Shown one piece after another: positions 37,381 through 50,001 of a stretch of DNA of 57,827 bases. Positions within the stretch are counted from its first letter, which is position 1, and every line of letters begins with the position of its first letter. A model generated the notes under the pieces. The model did no database searches, was not told the origin of the DNA, and saw only the letters and a list, made by a program, of their open reading frames with translations. Source of the stretch: Octopus bimaculoides. Its lineage: Eukaryota. A program made the position numbers and the translations under genes. The DNA lies in assembly GCF_001194135.2 (NCBI RefSeq), contig NC_068995.1:46992004-47049830 (forward strand), written 5' to 3'.

Positions 37381-38456
37381 TAGGTTAGTTTAAATATGTT
37401 TGTGATATATTTAAACTGCTAAAATGTAAATTCACTGCAGTTACTGTAGAGAAAGTTTTTTGTCTTATAGTAAAAAGACAGTTAAAGAAAAGTCCAGCCT
37501 ATATATTTCTGTATACAGCAGTGAGAAATAATCAAATATATCAGTTACGAAGCAATTATTTATACTCAACATGATTGCGGATATTTCACGCATAGAAACA
37601 ATTTATAATTGATTTTATAATTGATACAAATATAATCTTGTTTAAATATAAATCGCATAACTTTACTCCAGAAATTTGTTAAAATCGGAAAGGTCTATAC
37701 TCTATAAAAAAGAGACTTTAAATGCATACAGTGTAGATTCATCTTATCGTCATTTAGTTTTAACTAATACAATAAAAGTGATATACAGATATTAATAATT
37801 TGATTCTCTCCTTCTCTCAATCCCTCTTACGAATACTTAATATGAAGGTAAAATATATGGGACAGAAGAAGTGAAATAAAACTACTTTCCCATTGTAAGA
37901 AGTGAATTAATCGTAATGTATTCTCGTATTGACAGAAAAGAGATTTCTTCCTGATATGAATCAACGTATTATGCGTGAAATTTTCGCCGCCATATTGACT
38001 ACTGCTGACAAGCTTTTATTTGAAAATGGAAACTGTAATACAAACATACATACATACATACATACATACATGCATACACACATGCACACACGCATACACA
38101 CACGCGCGCACACACACAGACACACACACACACATATCAAGGGTTGAACAGAAAAAGCACAAGGAGAAGAGGCTAGACGAAAGTAGAGCAAACGGAAAAC
38201 TAGACAAAAACCAACATAACCGACGGGAAATTTCGGCAGACACGATACATGGAATATTCGTAGGTGATTTTTCCTCATCAGTCAATGACCTAAAATATCA
38301 TAGTGGTCAGGCGCCAATTACCATTGCGACCACTCAGTTTTGGAGGCGCCAGAGCTCTTATTACGCATCTGGGAAAACGCTAGCGAATGTATACTAAGAC
38401 AGAAACAAACAAGAACGAACTTAGGCAGAAATGAACAAAACGAATTTAGGCACAAA

Positions 38457-38530
<74 letters not shown>

Positions 38531-38711
38531 CTCTCTCTCTCTCTCTCTCTCACATATATATAATCGCCCATGTTACCACGTGTGTGTGTGTTTGGTTATG
38601 TACTTACGCAGGTACGTAAATGTGTGTACGTGTGTGTGTGTGTGTGTATGTGTGTGTGTGTGTGTGTGTGCGTGCGTGCGTGTGCGTGTGCGTGGTTGTG
38701 TATGTATGTGC

Positions 38712-38910
38712 GTTTGTGTCTCCACCGCTTGCCAACGATATTGGTTTGGTTGCATCCCCCTAACGTAGTAGTTCTGCAAAAGGGTCCTACAGAATAATTA
38801 ACCAAACTTTTAACAGTAATTACGGAAGTCGATTCGTTCGACTATATCCTTCAAAGCATTGCTGCAGCAGGGCCGCTGATCAATGACTGATACAACTAAA
38901 AGAGCAACCG
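38712..38910 (+). mobile_element. SINE family B 3' part (old copy)
   Basis: ccaccgcttgccaacgat...gtcgattcgttcgacta...gctgcagcagggccgctgatcaatgactgatacaactaaaagag. Confidence 0.65.
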
Positions 38911-39331
38911 AAAGACTAACAGAGAACCAGGGCGGATGCTTTTTCTTAAATTCGAACAATCTTCAATTCATTATATTCAACGAGGAGATTGAAGAATAAG
39001 CCCCAAAATGTTTCATTATTTTCTGTCTTTGGGTTGAAATCAGATTCTAAAGAAATGATCGTTCTTGTGGTTTCCTTCAAACTAATCACTCCTCGTTCGA
39101 TTTCCAATCGAGAACCATGATTCTATTCAGTGATGTAATGTCAATGATAACAAAAGCAGCAATATCTTTATAATTAGCATTATATTCATTATAATTAGCA
39201 GCAGCAACAGCGGCGGCAGCGGCGGCACAAGCAGCAGCGGCATTAACAGTAACGGCGGCAAAGTAGTAGTAGTAGCAACAGCAGCAGCAGCGCTAGATTT
39301 GATGATACTAACAAGAAGACCGTTGTATATA

Positions 39332-39361
<30 letters not shown>

Positions 39362-39362
<1 letters not shown>

Positions 39363-39568
39363 TTGTCTCCCACCACTTCTTGACAAACGGTGTTGGTGTG
39401 TTTGCGTCGCCATAACTTAGCGGTTCGGCAAAAGAAAACGATAGAATAAGTACCAGGTTTAAAAAATAATTACCGGGATCGATCTATTCGACTAAATATT
39501 CACAGCGGTGCCCCAGTATGACCGCAGTCTAATGATTGAAACGAGAAAAAGATAAAGGATAAAAGTTA
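39362..39568 (+). mobile_element. SINE family B 3' part
   Basis: taacttagcggttcggcaaaag...gatagaataagtaccagg...gcggtgccccagtatgaccgcagtctaatgattgaaac. Confidence 0.85.
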
Positions 39569-40915
39569 TGTAGATAGATAAAAGTATAAATAAATAAGTA
39601 AGTCTAGAGTAGATTTAATTGGCTCGAATTTTATTGGTCCTTGTTTAATCGATTTTTGGAGGATTCGAATTATGAACACAAAGAAACGTAACTAAACAGC
39701 ACGTGGGATTTCATCCGGCACACTTCCGCTTCTTCAACTCTACTGCCTCAGAAGCCACAAAACTCGAAGTACCACCCCGCCACCATATCAACACACCTGC
39801 ACCACCAACAACACCATCTTCTCTACAAGCACCACCATAACTAACGTTACCACACCATCGCCAACAAATGCCAGCAGCATCATCACCACCACCAACAACA
39901 AGAAGCACTTTCTCTCGACGTGCTAGAAATAGCAGCTGAATTTTCCCCAAACTACGCAGTTACCATGTGAAGAAAAATAAACGCGTTGGATAAAATGGTC
40001 CTTGGTTTGAGGTATATTAAAAACCGAAGAGATGGTCGTGACTGGAATACTAAGGAATATAACTCTGTTAAATGAAGGTTAACCTTAGGTAATACAATAA
40101 CAACAAACACGGCAAGCAACAACCATCCAGCACAGCATTAACGCCACCACTTCCATCGACACACGGACAATCTCTAACAGTCACACCATGTCATATTTCG
40201 ACCAACAACAACGCCAACACCATCAACTCAAACATTAATATCGATACAGTGACCTTCACCACCACCACCACCTTTACTACCACCGCCGCCACCACAACCA
40301 CCACCACCGTCGCCGCCACCACCACCTGCAAGAAGGCTAAAACTAACATCACTGCTAACACCACCACCACCACCCACCAGCACCACCACCAACACCACCA
40401 GAAGAAAACAAGAATAACGCCACCAACAACAATCATCAGCATCAGAAATATAACATTGATTATTTTNNNNNNNNNNNNNNNNNNNNNNNNNNNNNNNNNN
40501 NNNNNNNNNNNNNNNNNNNNNNNNNNNNNNNNNNNNNNNNNNNNNNNNNNNNNNNNNNNNNNNNNNNNNNNNNNNNNNNNNNNNNNNNNNNNNNNNNNNN
40601 NNNNNNNNNNNNNNNNNNNNNNNNNNNNNNNNNNNNNNNNNNNNNNNNNNNNNNNNNNNNNNNNNNNNNNNNNNNNNNNNNNNNNNNNNNNNNNNNNNNN
40701 NNNNNNNNNNNNNNNNNNNNNNNNNNNNNNNNNNNNNNNNNNNNNNNNNNNNNNNNNNNNNNNNNNNNNNNNNNNNNNNNNNNNNNNNNNNNNNNNNNNN
40801 NNNNNNNNNNNNNNNNNNNNNNNNNNNNNNNNNNNNNNNNNNNNNNNNNNNNNNNNNNNNNNNNNNNNNNNNNNNNNNNNNTATATATATATATATACAT
40901 ACATATGTATATATG

Positions 40916-40946
<31 letters not shown>

Positions 40947-41245
40947 GTATGTATATATACATATGTGTGTCCATGTCTATGTGTATGTATTTATGCATGC
41001 ATGCATGCAAGCATGTATGTATATATATATACACACATACATATATATACATCCCTCTTTATCCTTTTCTTTCTTTCTCTGAAGACACATGCATACAGGT
41101 ATATATAAATACACATACACACACACACACAAACAAACACACACACACACATAATATTCAAGTGAATGTAACAATAAGTTTCATGCCTCTGACAATACAA
41201 TGATCGGACAATCTTTTATTGCCTGCCGTATACTATCAAGCAACT

Positions 41246-41316
41246 ATTCAGTTTCAAAATACAACATGGCTGTCATGCAAGTAACTGGGCAGCCATGTTG
41301 TATTTTGATCCTGAAT
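41246..41316. other. Long near-perfect hairpin (19-bp perfect stem plus 6-bp extension)
   Basis: ATTCAG-tt-TCAAAATACAACATGGCTG (17-nt loop) CAGCCATGTTGTATTTTGA-tc-CTGAAT. Confidence 0.85.
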
Positions 41317-41519
41317 GATTGTCCGATATTAACAGCAAACGATGCAAGCTCAGCCAGCTATTCTATCAATTCGGTTATTTTGATGATCCAGAGAAAGTTG
41401 AGCAAGAATAGCCTTGACGGGGATGGCTACAGTCAAACCAAAGAAGTTAACATCCACCACAGCTCACGGCATTTTTCTTTTATTTTGCATTTCTTACTTG
41501 AAGTGATTTAGTCGAATAA

Positions 41520-41752
41520 ATCGTCCCTAGGACTTATATTTTTCTCTGGTTGAACCGCTAAGTTACAAGGACATAAACACACCGACACAGGTTTCTAGTG
41601 GTGGTGAGGGGACAAACACGGAGCAATTCACGGAGACTCAGGGATCTCTGAAAAAGCTTATGTTTTGCAATATGTCTGTCTTCTTCTCGGGCCGACCAAA
41701 GCCTTGTGAGTGGATTTGGTAGACGGAAAGTGAAAGATGCCTGTCGTATATA
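41520..41752. mobile_element. Two oppositely oriented SINE family B fragments (about 41520-41620 minus; 41687-41752 plus)
   Basis: ccgctaagttac..ggacataaacacaccgac (minus) and tcgggccgaccaaagccttgtgagtggatttggtagacggaaa (plus). Confidence 0.75.
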
Positions 41753-41769
41753 TTTATGTGTTTTGTTGC

Positions 41770-41800
<31 letters not shown>

Positions 41801-42167
41801 CTTCTTCTTCTTCTTCTTCTTCTTCTTCTTCTTCTTCTTCTTCTTCTTCTTCTCCCCCTCCTCCTCCTCTTCCTCCTCTTCTTCCTCCTCCCCCTCCTCC
41901 TCCTCCTCCTCGATAGACTCACGATTCCGAAAAAGACCATTCCACAAACTCTTGCCGGACAACCCGCACAGCCGATTTATTTTACGATGATCAAATGTGT
42001 GTACTGCACATTATCTCACAACATTCCTCAAACCGGCATTTCCTCCTGCTTCTGTACGGAATGGTTCACCACATCAGATCTCGAAGAGATCGCTGACCTA
42101 AGTAAAATGTTTAGCCTAAGAACACAGCTTACAACCCGGGAGCCTTGGGGCGTCCTGAGGGACGACC

Positions 42168-42220
<53 letters not shown>

Positions 42221-42223
<3 letters not shown>

Positions 42224-42388
42224 CCTTTCTACTACAGGCACAAGGCTTGAAATTTTAAGGGGAGGGAACTAGTCGATCACATCGACCCTGAAAGGATGAA
42301 AGACAAAATCGACTTCGGCGGAATTTGAACTCAAAGATACCACTAAGCATTTTGCCCGGCGTGGTAACGATTCTGCCAGCTCGCTGCA
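42221..42388 (-). mobile_element. SINE family A (internal deletions)
   Basis: aatcctttctactacaggcacaagg tail; gaaaggatgaaagacaaaatcgacttcggcggaatttgaactc core; taacgattctgccagctcg head. Confidence 0.85.
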
Positions 42389-44320
42389 TTTATCGCTACC
42401 TTTATTGCCGCCATGATCGCCGCCTTAAGAAGAATCTCGCGATTGCTAATGCAACACCCCAACCGCTAGAACACGCACCCTTACTTTGAATCCATCATAA
42501 CAAAAATACGAGAGACAGAAACAAGGACAATGGGTGAAAGGATACTCTAGCATGTACTTCAGTACAGAAAAAAAGCCAAAAGGTTGTGAAACAACGCTGT
42601 TTTGGTAGTCTTGGAGGTTTCTATAAAACCAGTAGTGAAAACAGGGAGTGATTATTGTTGTTGCGGTTGTTACCGAAATTAGAAATGACGTAATGGTCGT
42701 TAATTTTTTGACGGGTAATTATTGGCGTTAATGAATTGAAGTGATATTGTTTATACGTATATTTTAGACGTATTTGTGAGTGTGTGTTGCGAGGGAACTA
42801 AAACGAGAGCTAACTAGCCAGACAGCTACATCGCCATATACATATACATATACACATATATATATATATATATATANNNNNNNNNNNNNNNNNNNNNNNN
42901 NNNNNNNNNNNNNNNNNNNNNNNNNNNNNNNNNNNNNNNNNNNNNNNNNNNNNNNNNNNNNNNNNNNNNNNNNNNNNNNNNNNNNNNNNNNNNNNNNNNN
43001 NNNNNNNNNNNNNNNNNNNNNNNNNNNNNNNNNNNNNNNNNNNNNNNNNNNNNNNNNNNNNNNNNNNNNNNNNNNNNNNNNNNNNNNNNNNNNNNNNNNN
43101 NNNNNNNNNNNNNNNNNNNNNNNNNNNNNNNNNNNNNNNNNNNNNNNNNNNNNNNNNNNNNNNNNNNNNNNNNNNNNNNNNNNNNNNNNNNNNNNNNNNN
43201 NNNNNNNNNNNNNNNNNNNNNNNNNNNNNNNNNNNNNNNNNNNNNNNNNNNNNNNNNNNNNNNNNNNNNNNNNNNNNNNNNNNNNNNNNNNNNNNNNNNN
43301 NNNNNNNNNNNNNNNNNNNNNNNNNNNNNNNNNNNNNNNNNNNNNNNNNNNNNNNNNNNNNNNNNNNNNNNNNNNNNNNNNNNNNNNNNNNNNNNNNNNN
43401 NNNNNNNNNNNNNNNNNNNNNNNNNNNNNNNNNNNNNNNNNNNNNNNNNNNNNNNNNNNNNNNNNNNNNNNNNNNNNNNNNNNNNNNNNNNNNNNNNNNN
43501 NNNNNNNNNNNNNNNNNNNNNNNNNNNNNNNNNNNNNNNNNNNNNNNNNNNNNNNNNNNNNNNNNNTATGTGTGTGTATATATATATATATATATGTGAG
43601 GGTATATGTATGTTTATGATGTGCGTGCGTGTTAAATAGCAACGCCGTTTCTGTTTAGTAAATATTAAGACTTTATGGTTAGTCATTTCTTTAGTTAATG
43701 CATTTGATATTAATAATATCGAGACTACAGTATACTAAGTCAAACATATACATACTTAAATGCAAAGACACAGTTACGTGATTGCGTATGTGTCTGTGTA
43801 TTTATGTATCTAGCAGATCAAGAAGTTACGGACGTCAGAGCCACAAGTTCTCAATATATAAAATTATAGAGTTAAAATGTATTTGAGAGCATTTCTAAAG
43901 GATTTACAGCTATAACGCTTCAGTCAATGATTCTTAACCAATTTTAACCCACTGTCCTTGTTTGAGGACAGTTGTATTTGGTTTGTTTCCTGCAATAAAG
44001 GTTAACTGGACGCTACCATATGTTTCTAATTCCTGTTATATAACTATCTTCAAAATTCCGACAGGGTTAACCTGGGTTAAAATGGGTTAATATCCCGCTT
44101 CAAATTGAATATCTACCATTCGGTCAGTGTTTTTCAACCTTTCTAAAAAAAAAATTCTGGTCCCTTTTTTTTTTACTAACATTCTTTCAACATCCCTTTG
44201 CTATGACTAAACGAAATTAAACACATCACAAAATCTTACTGCCAAAAGGTTCGTATGACAGTTCATCAATATAATATGGAATATCTAAATGACATTTAGT
44301 CCAGGAATATTTTTTCTGAT

Positions 44321-45000
44321 TTAGGTACCAGGTCAGCAATTTTGTAGGGTAGGATCAGTCGATACCATTGACTCCAGTACTTACCTAGTGCCTTATTTTA
44401 TTGAGCTTGGGGCGGGGGGCTAGCAGTCACAGTTGACCTAGGTGGGATTTATAATCAGAACAAAATGTCTGATGAAAAAGCACAAGGCATTTTTACGACA
44501 CTCTGCTTTGTCAATCCGCTGCCTTGATTTCGATCGTTACTATCAATTTGAAATTTTGACACAAGCCCTGCACGTTCGTGGGATGGGGGCGGGAATTAGA
44601 ATCGATTACATCGGCACCAGTACTCAACTGGCATTTATTGAATCGACCTCCGCATGGATGAAAAGCAAAGTTGACCCCCGGTGGGATTTAAACACCGAAC
44701 GTAAAATCAGAAGAGATGCTGCCATGCATTTTGTCCGCCGCGGTAACGATTCTGTCAGATTGCCGACTAATTTCAATAATTAATATTGATTTCAGTTTCT
44801 AGCACAGGGGCAGAAAGAGCAGAGGAGGGGTAGAGTCGATTACATCAACCGCGGTGCTCAAGTGGTACTCAATTTATCGACTCCGAAAGGATGAAAGGCA
44901 ATGTTGACCCCAGCAGCATCTGAACTCTGAACGTAAAATCGGAAGAAATTTCGCTAAGCATTTTGTCTGCCGCGATAACGATTTTTCGAGCTTGTCTTAT
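44321..45000 (-). mobile_element. Three head-to-tail SINE family A copies (about 44321-44525, 44550-44770, 44785-45000)
   Basis: Three successive matches to the gtcgattacatcgac...gttgacc...ggatttgaac...gcattttg consensus. Confidence 0.8.
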
Positions 45001-45477
45001 TTCGACCATTAATTAATATGCCAGATAATTCACACACGCAGAATGCAAATTGGAAGTATTTTTTTTCTTTTTTTTATCAATCAGGACAGTAAAACGATGC
45101 AGTAACTGTTTCTACAACTTTTCTCTTTATCCCCAATACACAAATAGAATTTTTTCTACCGTTTCCGAAGGGGCGGTGATGCCCACTCTGAGAAGCACTA
45201 ATGTACGTCATCTGTCATCAACTTGCTAATGTGTCACTTCTTTTTGTAGCATTCGAAGCATTCTTGGGGGAAAAAATCAATTACTTAAATTGATTAAATT
45301 TGGTCAGAGGAAGCAACTAATGAATTATTTAAGAGATTCATGTCCTTAGTGAAAATATGGGGCCTGTTGAATTTTAAAATCTAAACGAAAGAAAAATTAA
45401 AGAACACTTGTGGTAATTAAGGAATGAGAAATCGAAAAGACAAAGAATTTTGTTACAATATGAGTGCAAGATAACAT

Positions 45478-45530
45478 AATATTTTCTACTCTAGGCACAA
45501 GGCCCGAAGTTTTGGGAAAGAAGCCAATTT
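45478..45530 (-). mobile_element. SINE family A 3' tail fragment
   Basis: ttttctactctaggcacaaggcccgaa is identical to the tail of the copy at 48191. Confidence 0.7.
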
Positions 45531-45760
45531 CTCTGTACGTCTCCCCCTTACACACACGTACGCCACACATCGTTACACTTTGGCTCAATTCAGCTCAATT
45601 CAAGCTATCTGAGCCTAACACTAAAATGAATTTACGCGCATGCTTGCGTTATGTATGTATGTATGTATGTATGTATGTATGTATGTATGTATGTATATGT
45701 ATGGATGTATGGATGCATATATATATGAANNNNNNNNNNCTATTTATTGGTATATGTGTG

Positions 45761-45792
<32 letters not shown>

Positions 45793-46009
45793 GCATGTAT
45801 GTATATATATATGTCTATCTATCTATCTATATGTATGTATACATATATATTTACACACACCACACACACACACACACACGAACAAACAAACAAACATAGA
45901 ACCATATTTGATCATTTAGATTACTGACTCATTACTATTCATCCTTATCATTATGATTATTAGTATCATTATTATCATTGTTATTATTATTATTACTATT
46001 AATTTAAAG

Positions 46010-46055
<46 letters not shown>

Positions 46056-46202
46056 CGGTAGTAGTAGCAGCAGTAGTAGTGTTACTGTTGTTGTCGTCGC
46101 TATTTTATTGGCGTTGTTGCAGCTTAAAATGAAATCTTCAAACTTTTCAACACTCCAGTTCTTGGCAAAGCGAAGAAGGTGTCTGAAGGTTTTCTCACTT
46201 TA

Positions 46203-46258
46203 GCGCATGCGCAATAAAGCATTATTTTAAGATAACAGCTTTTCCAAGGTGACGTCAC
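46203..46258. promoter_or_regulatory. Candidate promoter module: NRF1-type palindrome plus CRE palindrome
   Basis: GCGCATGCGC at 46203-46212 and GTGACGTCAC at 46249-46258 in unique sequence. Confidence 0.35.
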
Positions 46259-46869
46259 ATTAATAGAGAATATTGTTTAGAAGCTTTACAAGTACCACAG
46301 TGCAACAAAAAGCGCTGCAATAACAATCAATAATGTTTGTAGCTGTTTAAAATGTCACTTCTGTATTACACTTCGATTTTATGTCTTCGAATAATAAGGT
46401 TATGTTGATACTCAATACATTACGATAGACAAGCCACCCTCTTTTACTTGTCTCTTCCTTTCTCTCTTTCTCTCCCCCTCTATTTCCCTGTCTCTCTCTC
46501 TCTCTCACTCCCTCTCTCTGTCTCTCTCTCCCTCCTCCTCTCTTTCTTTCTCTCTCTCTCTCTCTCTTTCTGACATCAATGCCCTCTCCGATGTAGACAC
46601 GCACGCACAAAATCACATACAAAAATTTGCGTGAGTATGTATGCGTAAGTTTATATACATATACATGTATAAATGTATGTATGTATATATATATATANNN
46701 NNNNNNNNNNNNNNNNNNNNNNNNNNNNNNNNNNNNNNNNNNNNNNNNNNNNNNNNNNNNNNNNNNNNNNNNNNNNNNNNNNNNNNNNNNNNNNNNNNNN
46801 NNNNNNNNNNNNNNNNNNNNNNNNNNNNNNNNNNNNNNNNNNNNNNNNNNNNNNNNNNNNNNNNNNNAT

Positions 46870-46928
46870 ATATAGACTAAAGGCGGTGCTCCAGCAAGGC
46901 CGCAATCACGTGGCTGAAATAAATAAAA

Positions 46929-46932
<4 letters not shown>
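46870..46932 (+). mobile_element. SINE family B 3' tail
   Basis: gactaaaggcggtgctccagcaaggccgcaatcacgtggctgaaataaataaaagaata. Confidence 0.8.
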
Positions 46933-46964
<32 letters not shown>

Positions 46965-47403
46965 TTATCTAACTATCTACCCATCTATATATATATATAC
47001 ATACATATACATTTATGTAGGTGTGTGTATGTGTGTGTGTGTGTGTGTGTGCGTACGTGCGTGTGTGTGTGCGCGTGAGCACCAATATTTGCATGCATAT
47101 GTGTCATTGTGTATGTGCGCATGTTTGTGAGCGATCATATACGTCTGTTGCATAACACCAACTCCTGAGCTTCCTAACGATTTTCGTATGCAGGTGTAGA
47201 TGTTCTGCGGTGATGTAAACGTTCCTAATGATTAATGAGTGACCGGGAGAAACTAGTCGTGATGTTCTTTAGTACGAATCACACTCTTGGCTTAACTATC
47301 TCACTTAGTAGTACAACTAATTGAAATATGGCTGCATTAAACGTAGGCGCGTGAATTTTCTGACAACTTGTTCCCAAACATTTCGTTTTAGTGTGCGCGT
47401 ACA

Positions 47404-47453
47404 TCTATGTATGTATGTATGTATGTATGTATGTATGTATGTATGTATGTATG

Positions 47454-47506
<53 letters not shown>

Positions 47507-47516
47507 GTCTGTCTAT

Positions 47517-47575
<59 letters not shown>

Positions 47576-47612
47576 GCAATCTATCTATCTATGTATCTCT
47601 CTATCTATCTAT
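47404..47612. repeat. Compound (TATG)n-(TATC)n microsatellite
   Basis: Direct reading. Confidence 0.95.
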
Positions 47613-47919
47613 GTGTGTGCATGCGTGCGTGCATGTGTGTGCGTCAGGGGGCGGGTTGGCGTTGTGTTTACATTCCAACTTCCTGTTCTGCAATACAATA
47701 AGTTTACAAACAATATTTCCGGAGTTTTCAGTTTTAATATGTAACTTGTATCTATACAACAGCAGCATCTACATATTGGATTGTGATAATAGAATAAGAA
47801 GATGAGGATTTTACTCTATTTACCTACATAAAACACACATTCGCACGCACACACGTACACACGCACGCATGCACACGCAGGCACACACACACACACGCAC
47901 ACATTATACCTTTCAAAGG

Positions 47920-48110
47920 TAGGAGGGCATGCTGATAAGTGTCTAGCTTTGGGTAAAAGAAAATATGGCAGGATTAGTTATGAGTTTATTCAATATGTGT
48001 CCCTTTCAAATTCACACACATACTGCAGCAGTCCTTCAGTTTTTCTAAGCCCTGTAAAAGAACTCGGATGGCTGGATCTCCGACCAGGACTTTTGCGATA
48101 CCCCGTCGTA
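47920..48110 (-). mobile_element. Mariner-derived element remnant
   Basis: Minus strand encodes LQGLEKLKDCCSMCVNLKGTHIE*. TIR-like taggagggcatgctgataagt at 47920. Homologous to 55644-55742. Confidence 0.7.
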
Positions 48111-48190
48111 TGATACAATGGTTTTGTCTTGGAGAACATTTTCTCATTGAGATGTTATGTTAAAGATACAATATAATTCGCAACGATATG

Positions 48191-48413
48191 AATATCCTTT
48201 TCTACTCTAGGCACAAGGCCCGAACTTCTTGGGAAGGGGCCAGTCGATCAGATCGACCCCAGTACGCAACTGGTACTTAATTTATCGACCCCGAAAGGGA
48301 TGAAAGGCAAAGTCGACCTCGGCGGAATTTGGACTCAGAACGTAAAGACAGACGAAATACCGCTAAGCATTATTTTGTCCGGCGTGCTAATGTTTCTATC
48401 AGCTCGAAGCCTT
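48191..48413 (-). mobile_element. SINE family A, best-preserved full-length copy
   Basis: Complete head (A/B boxes), central gcctttcatccctttcggggtcgataaattaagtaccag domain (recalls the Deu/Nin-type SINE core, from memory) and tail. Confidence 0.9.
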
Positions 48414-48692
48414 CCAACGAGATGAATATCGTCACCGAGCTTTATACACATGCACGCACATTTAAACACTTTCTTTCTTTCTTTCATTCTTTCTTTCACT
48501 CTCTTTCTCTCTCACACACGCGCGCGCGCACATACACTTATACAAAGAACCCCTTTCCGCCTCATGTAACACGTGAGGTTTAAGAGTGTCACTGTCCTTT
48601 GCTGGATTTATTTGCTAATCACAGGTCAGTATTTTAGACAGCCATTTTGGATAATTTATACTTATAAATAACCCCCACAAACACCACCACCA

Positions 48693-48917
48693 CGAAGAAG
48701 AAGAAGAAGAAGAAGAAGAAGAAGAAGAAGAAGAAGAAGAAGAAGAAGAAGAAGAAGAAGAAGAAGAAGAAGAAGAAGAAGAAGAAGAAGAACAAGAAGA
48801 AGAAGAAGAACAAGAAGAAGAAGAAGAAGAAGAACAAGAAGAAGAAGAAGAACAAGAAGAAGAAGAAGAAGAAGAAGAAGAAGAAGAAGAAGAAGAAGAA
48901 GAAGAAGAAGAAGAAGA
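48693..48917. repeat. Long (GAA)n microsatellite with GAACAA interruptions
   Basis: Direct reading; about 225-bp purine-rich tract. Confidence 0.95.
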
Positions 48918-49430
48918 ATTTTTTTCTCTTTCACTCAGCATCCATAAGCAAAGCTGTTCTTATTTCTTCTGCAAACACAGCTCGCCACAGAGCGGAAGCG
49001 TTATTTCTACTATGTTATAGAAAGTCTCAATAGGAAGCACGTTTTAGATGAATGAAATACCAAATGGCCGCACTTCTTTCCGGCAGGTCACGTATTTTAA
49101 TAACGCTATTTACAACAAACACATGAATTATTTAATTGACTTGGACAAACAAAAACTTATGCATCATATTTTCGCTACAAGACACGTTCACGCAAACCTT
49201 ATTTTCCTTAATGTTCTCCATTGAAACTGGTTATTTTTATTTTTATTTTATTTTAATTTCCCCCATCCTTTTTTTTTTTTTTTTAATAGTATGCATTGCT
49301 ATCTAATTCAAACCTGTACTTCGCAACCTTTGAAAGAATACGTGCTCTTTAACTATTTTGAATTTTAACGGCATTTCGATCTGAAGACGTGTATCTTGTC
49401 ATGATGCGTTCGAAAAGCTAGATAAACACA

Positions 49431-49468
<38 letters not shown>

Positions 49469-49886
49469 TTCAAGTAATCTGGTAGTACTCATATAAAAAG
49501 GCTCCTTAATGTATCATGGTACAAGCCATATAGACTATACACAAGAGAACGAGTTTTTTTTTGCATTTTGCTTTAATACTGACATGTAAGTAATTTATTT
49601 ATTATTAAATAAGATAATATAAATTATTTGCATGCTATGAGTTACGAAACAATTTGTCGTGATATTAGGATTTTTCTTATTGTTAAATAAAAGATCAAAA
49701 TATTTCTCTATCATTTATGATTATATACATATACATAGGTACATACATACCTATATACATAGATGTATTATGTAACAGTTTTTGTGATATTTTTGCTGCT
49801 TTTCAATAAAAGTTTTATATTTAAGAGAAGAGGAATTATGTACATTATTTACATTATTTATATTTGTTCTCATCTTGTTTGTTATT

Positions 49887-49932
49887 AACGCAACGTTTCG
49901 GCTGATATACCTTCCAGCCTTCATCAGGCGTC
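49887..49932 (-). ncRNA. Minimal type I hammerhead ribozyme (PLE pLTR type)
   Basis: GACGC-CUGAUGA-A-GGCUG-gaagguauau-CAGCC-GAA-ACGU-U-GCGUU: intact catalytic core, 5-bp stem II, palindromic stem III (ACGU), 5-bp stem I. Confidence 0.8.
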
Positions 49933-50001
49933 TTGGGGGAAATTTCGAACCTGGGTTCTTATTCCTAAGGTATTGTTTGATGTTATTATTATTATTATTA
50001 A

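Noticed and set aside
42400-42430. Perfect Kozak-like GCCGCCATG
   Set aside because: Followed by no substantial ORF and adjacent to a SINE head containing similar gccgcc sequence.
44116-45201. hAT/Charlie-like left end cagtgtttttcaacctt with a possible right end ctgagaagcacta
   Set aside because: The ends match poorly and no 8-bp TSD is present.
49376-49425. CTGAAGA...CGAAA hammerhead-like spacing
   Set aside because: Stem II does not close next to the core, and stems I and III do not pair convincingly.
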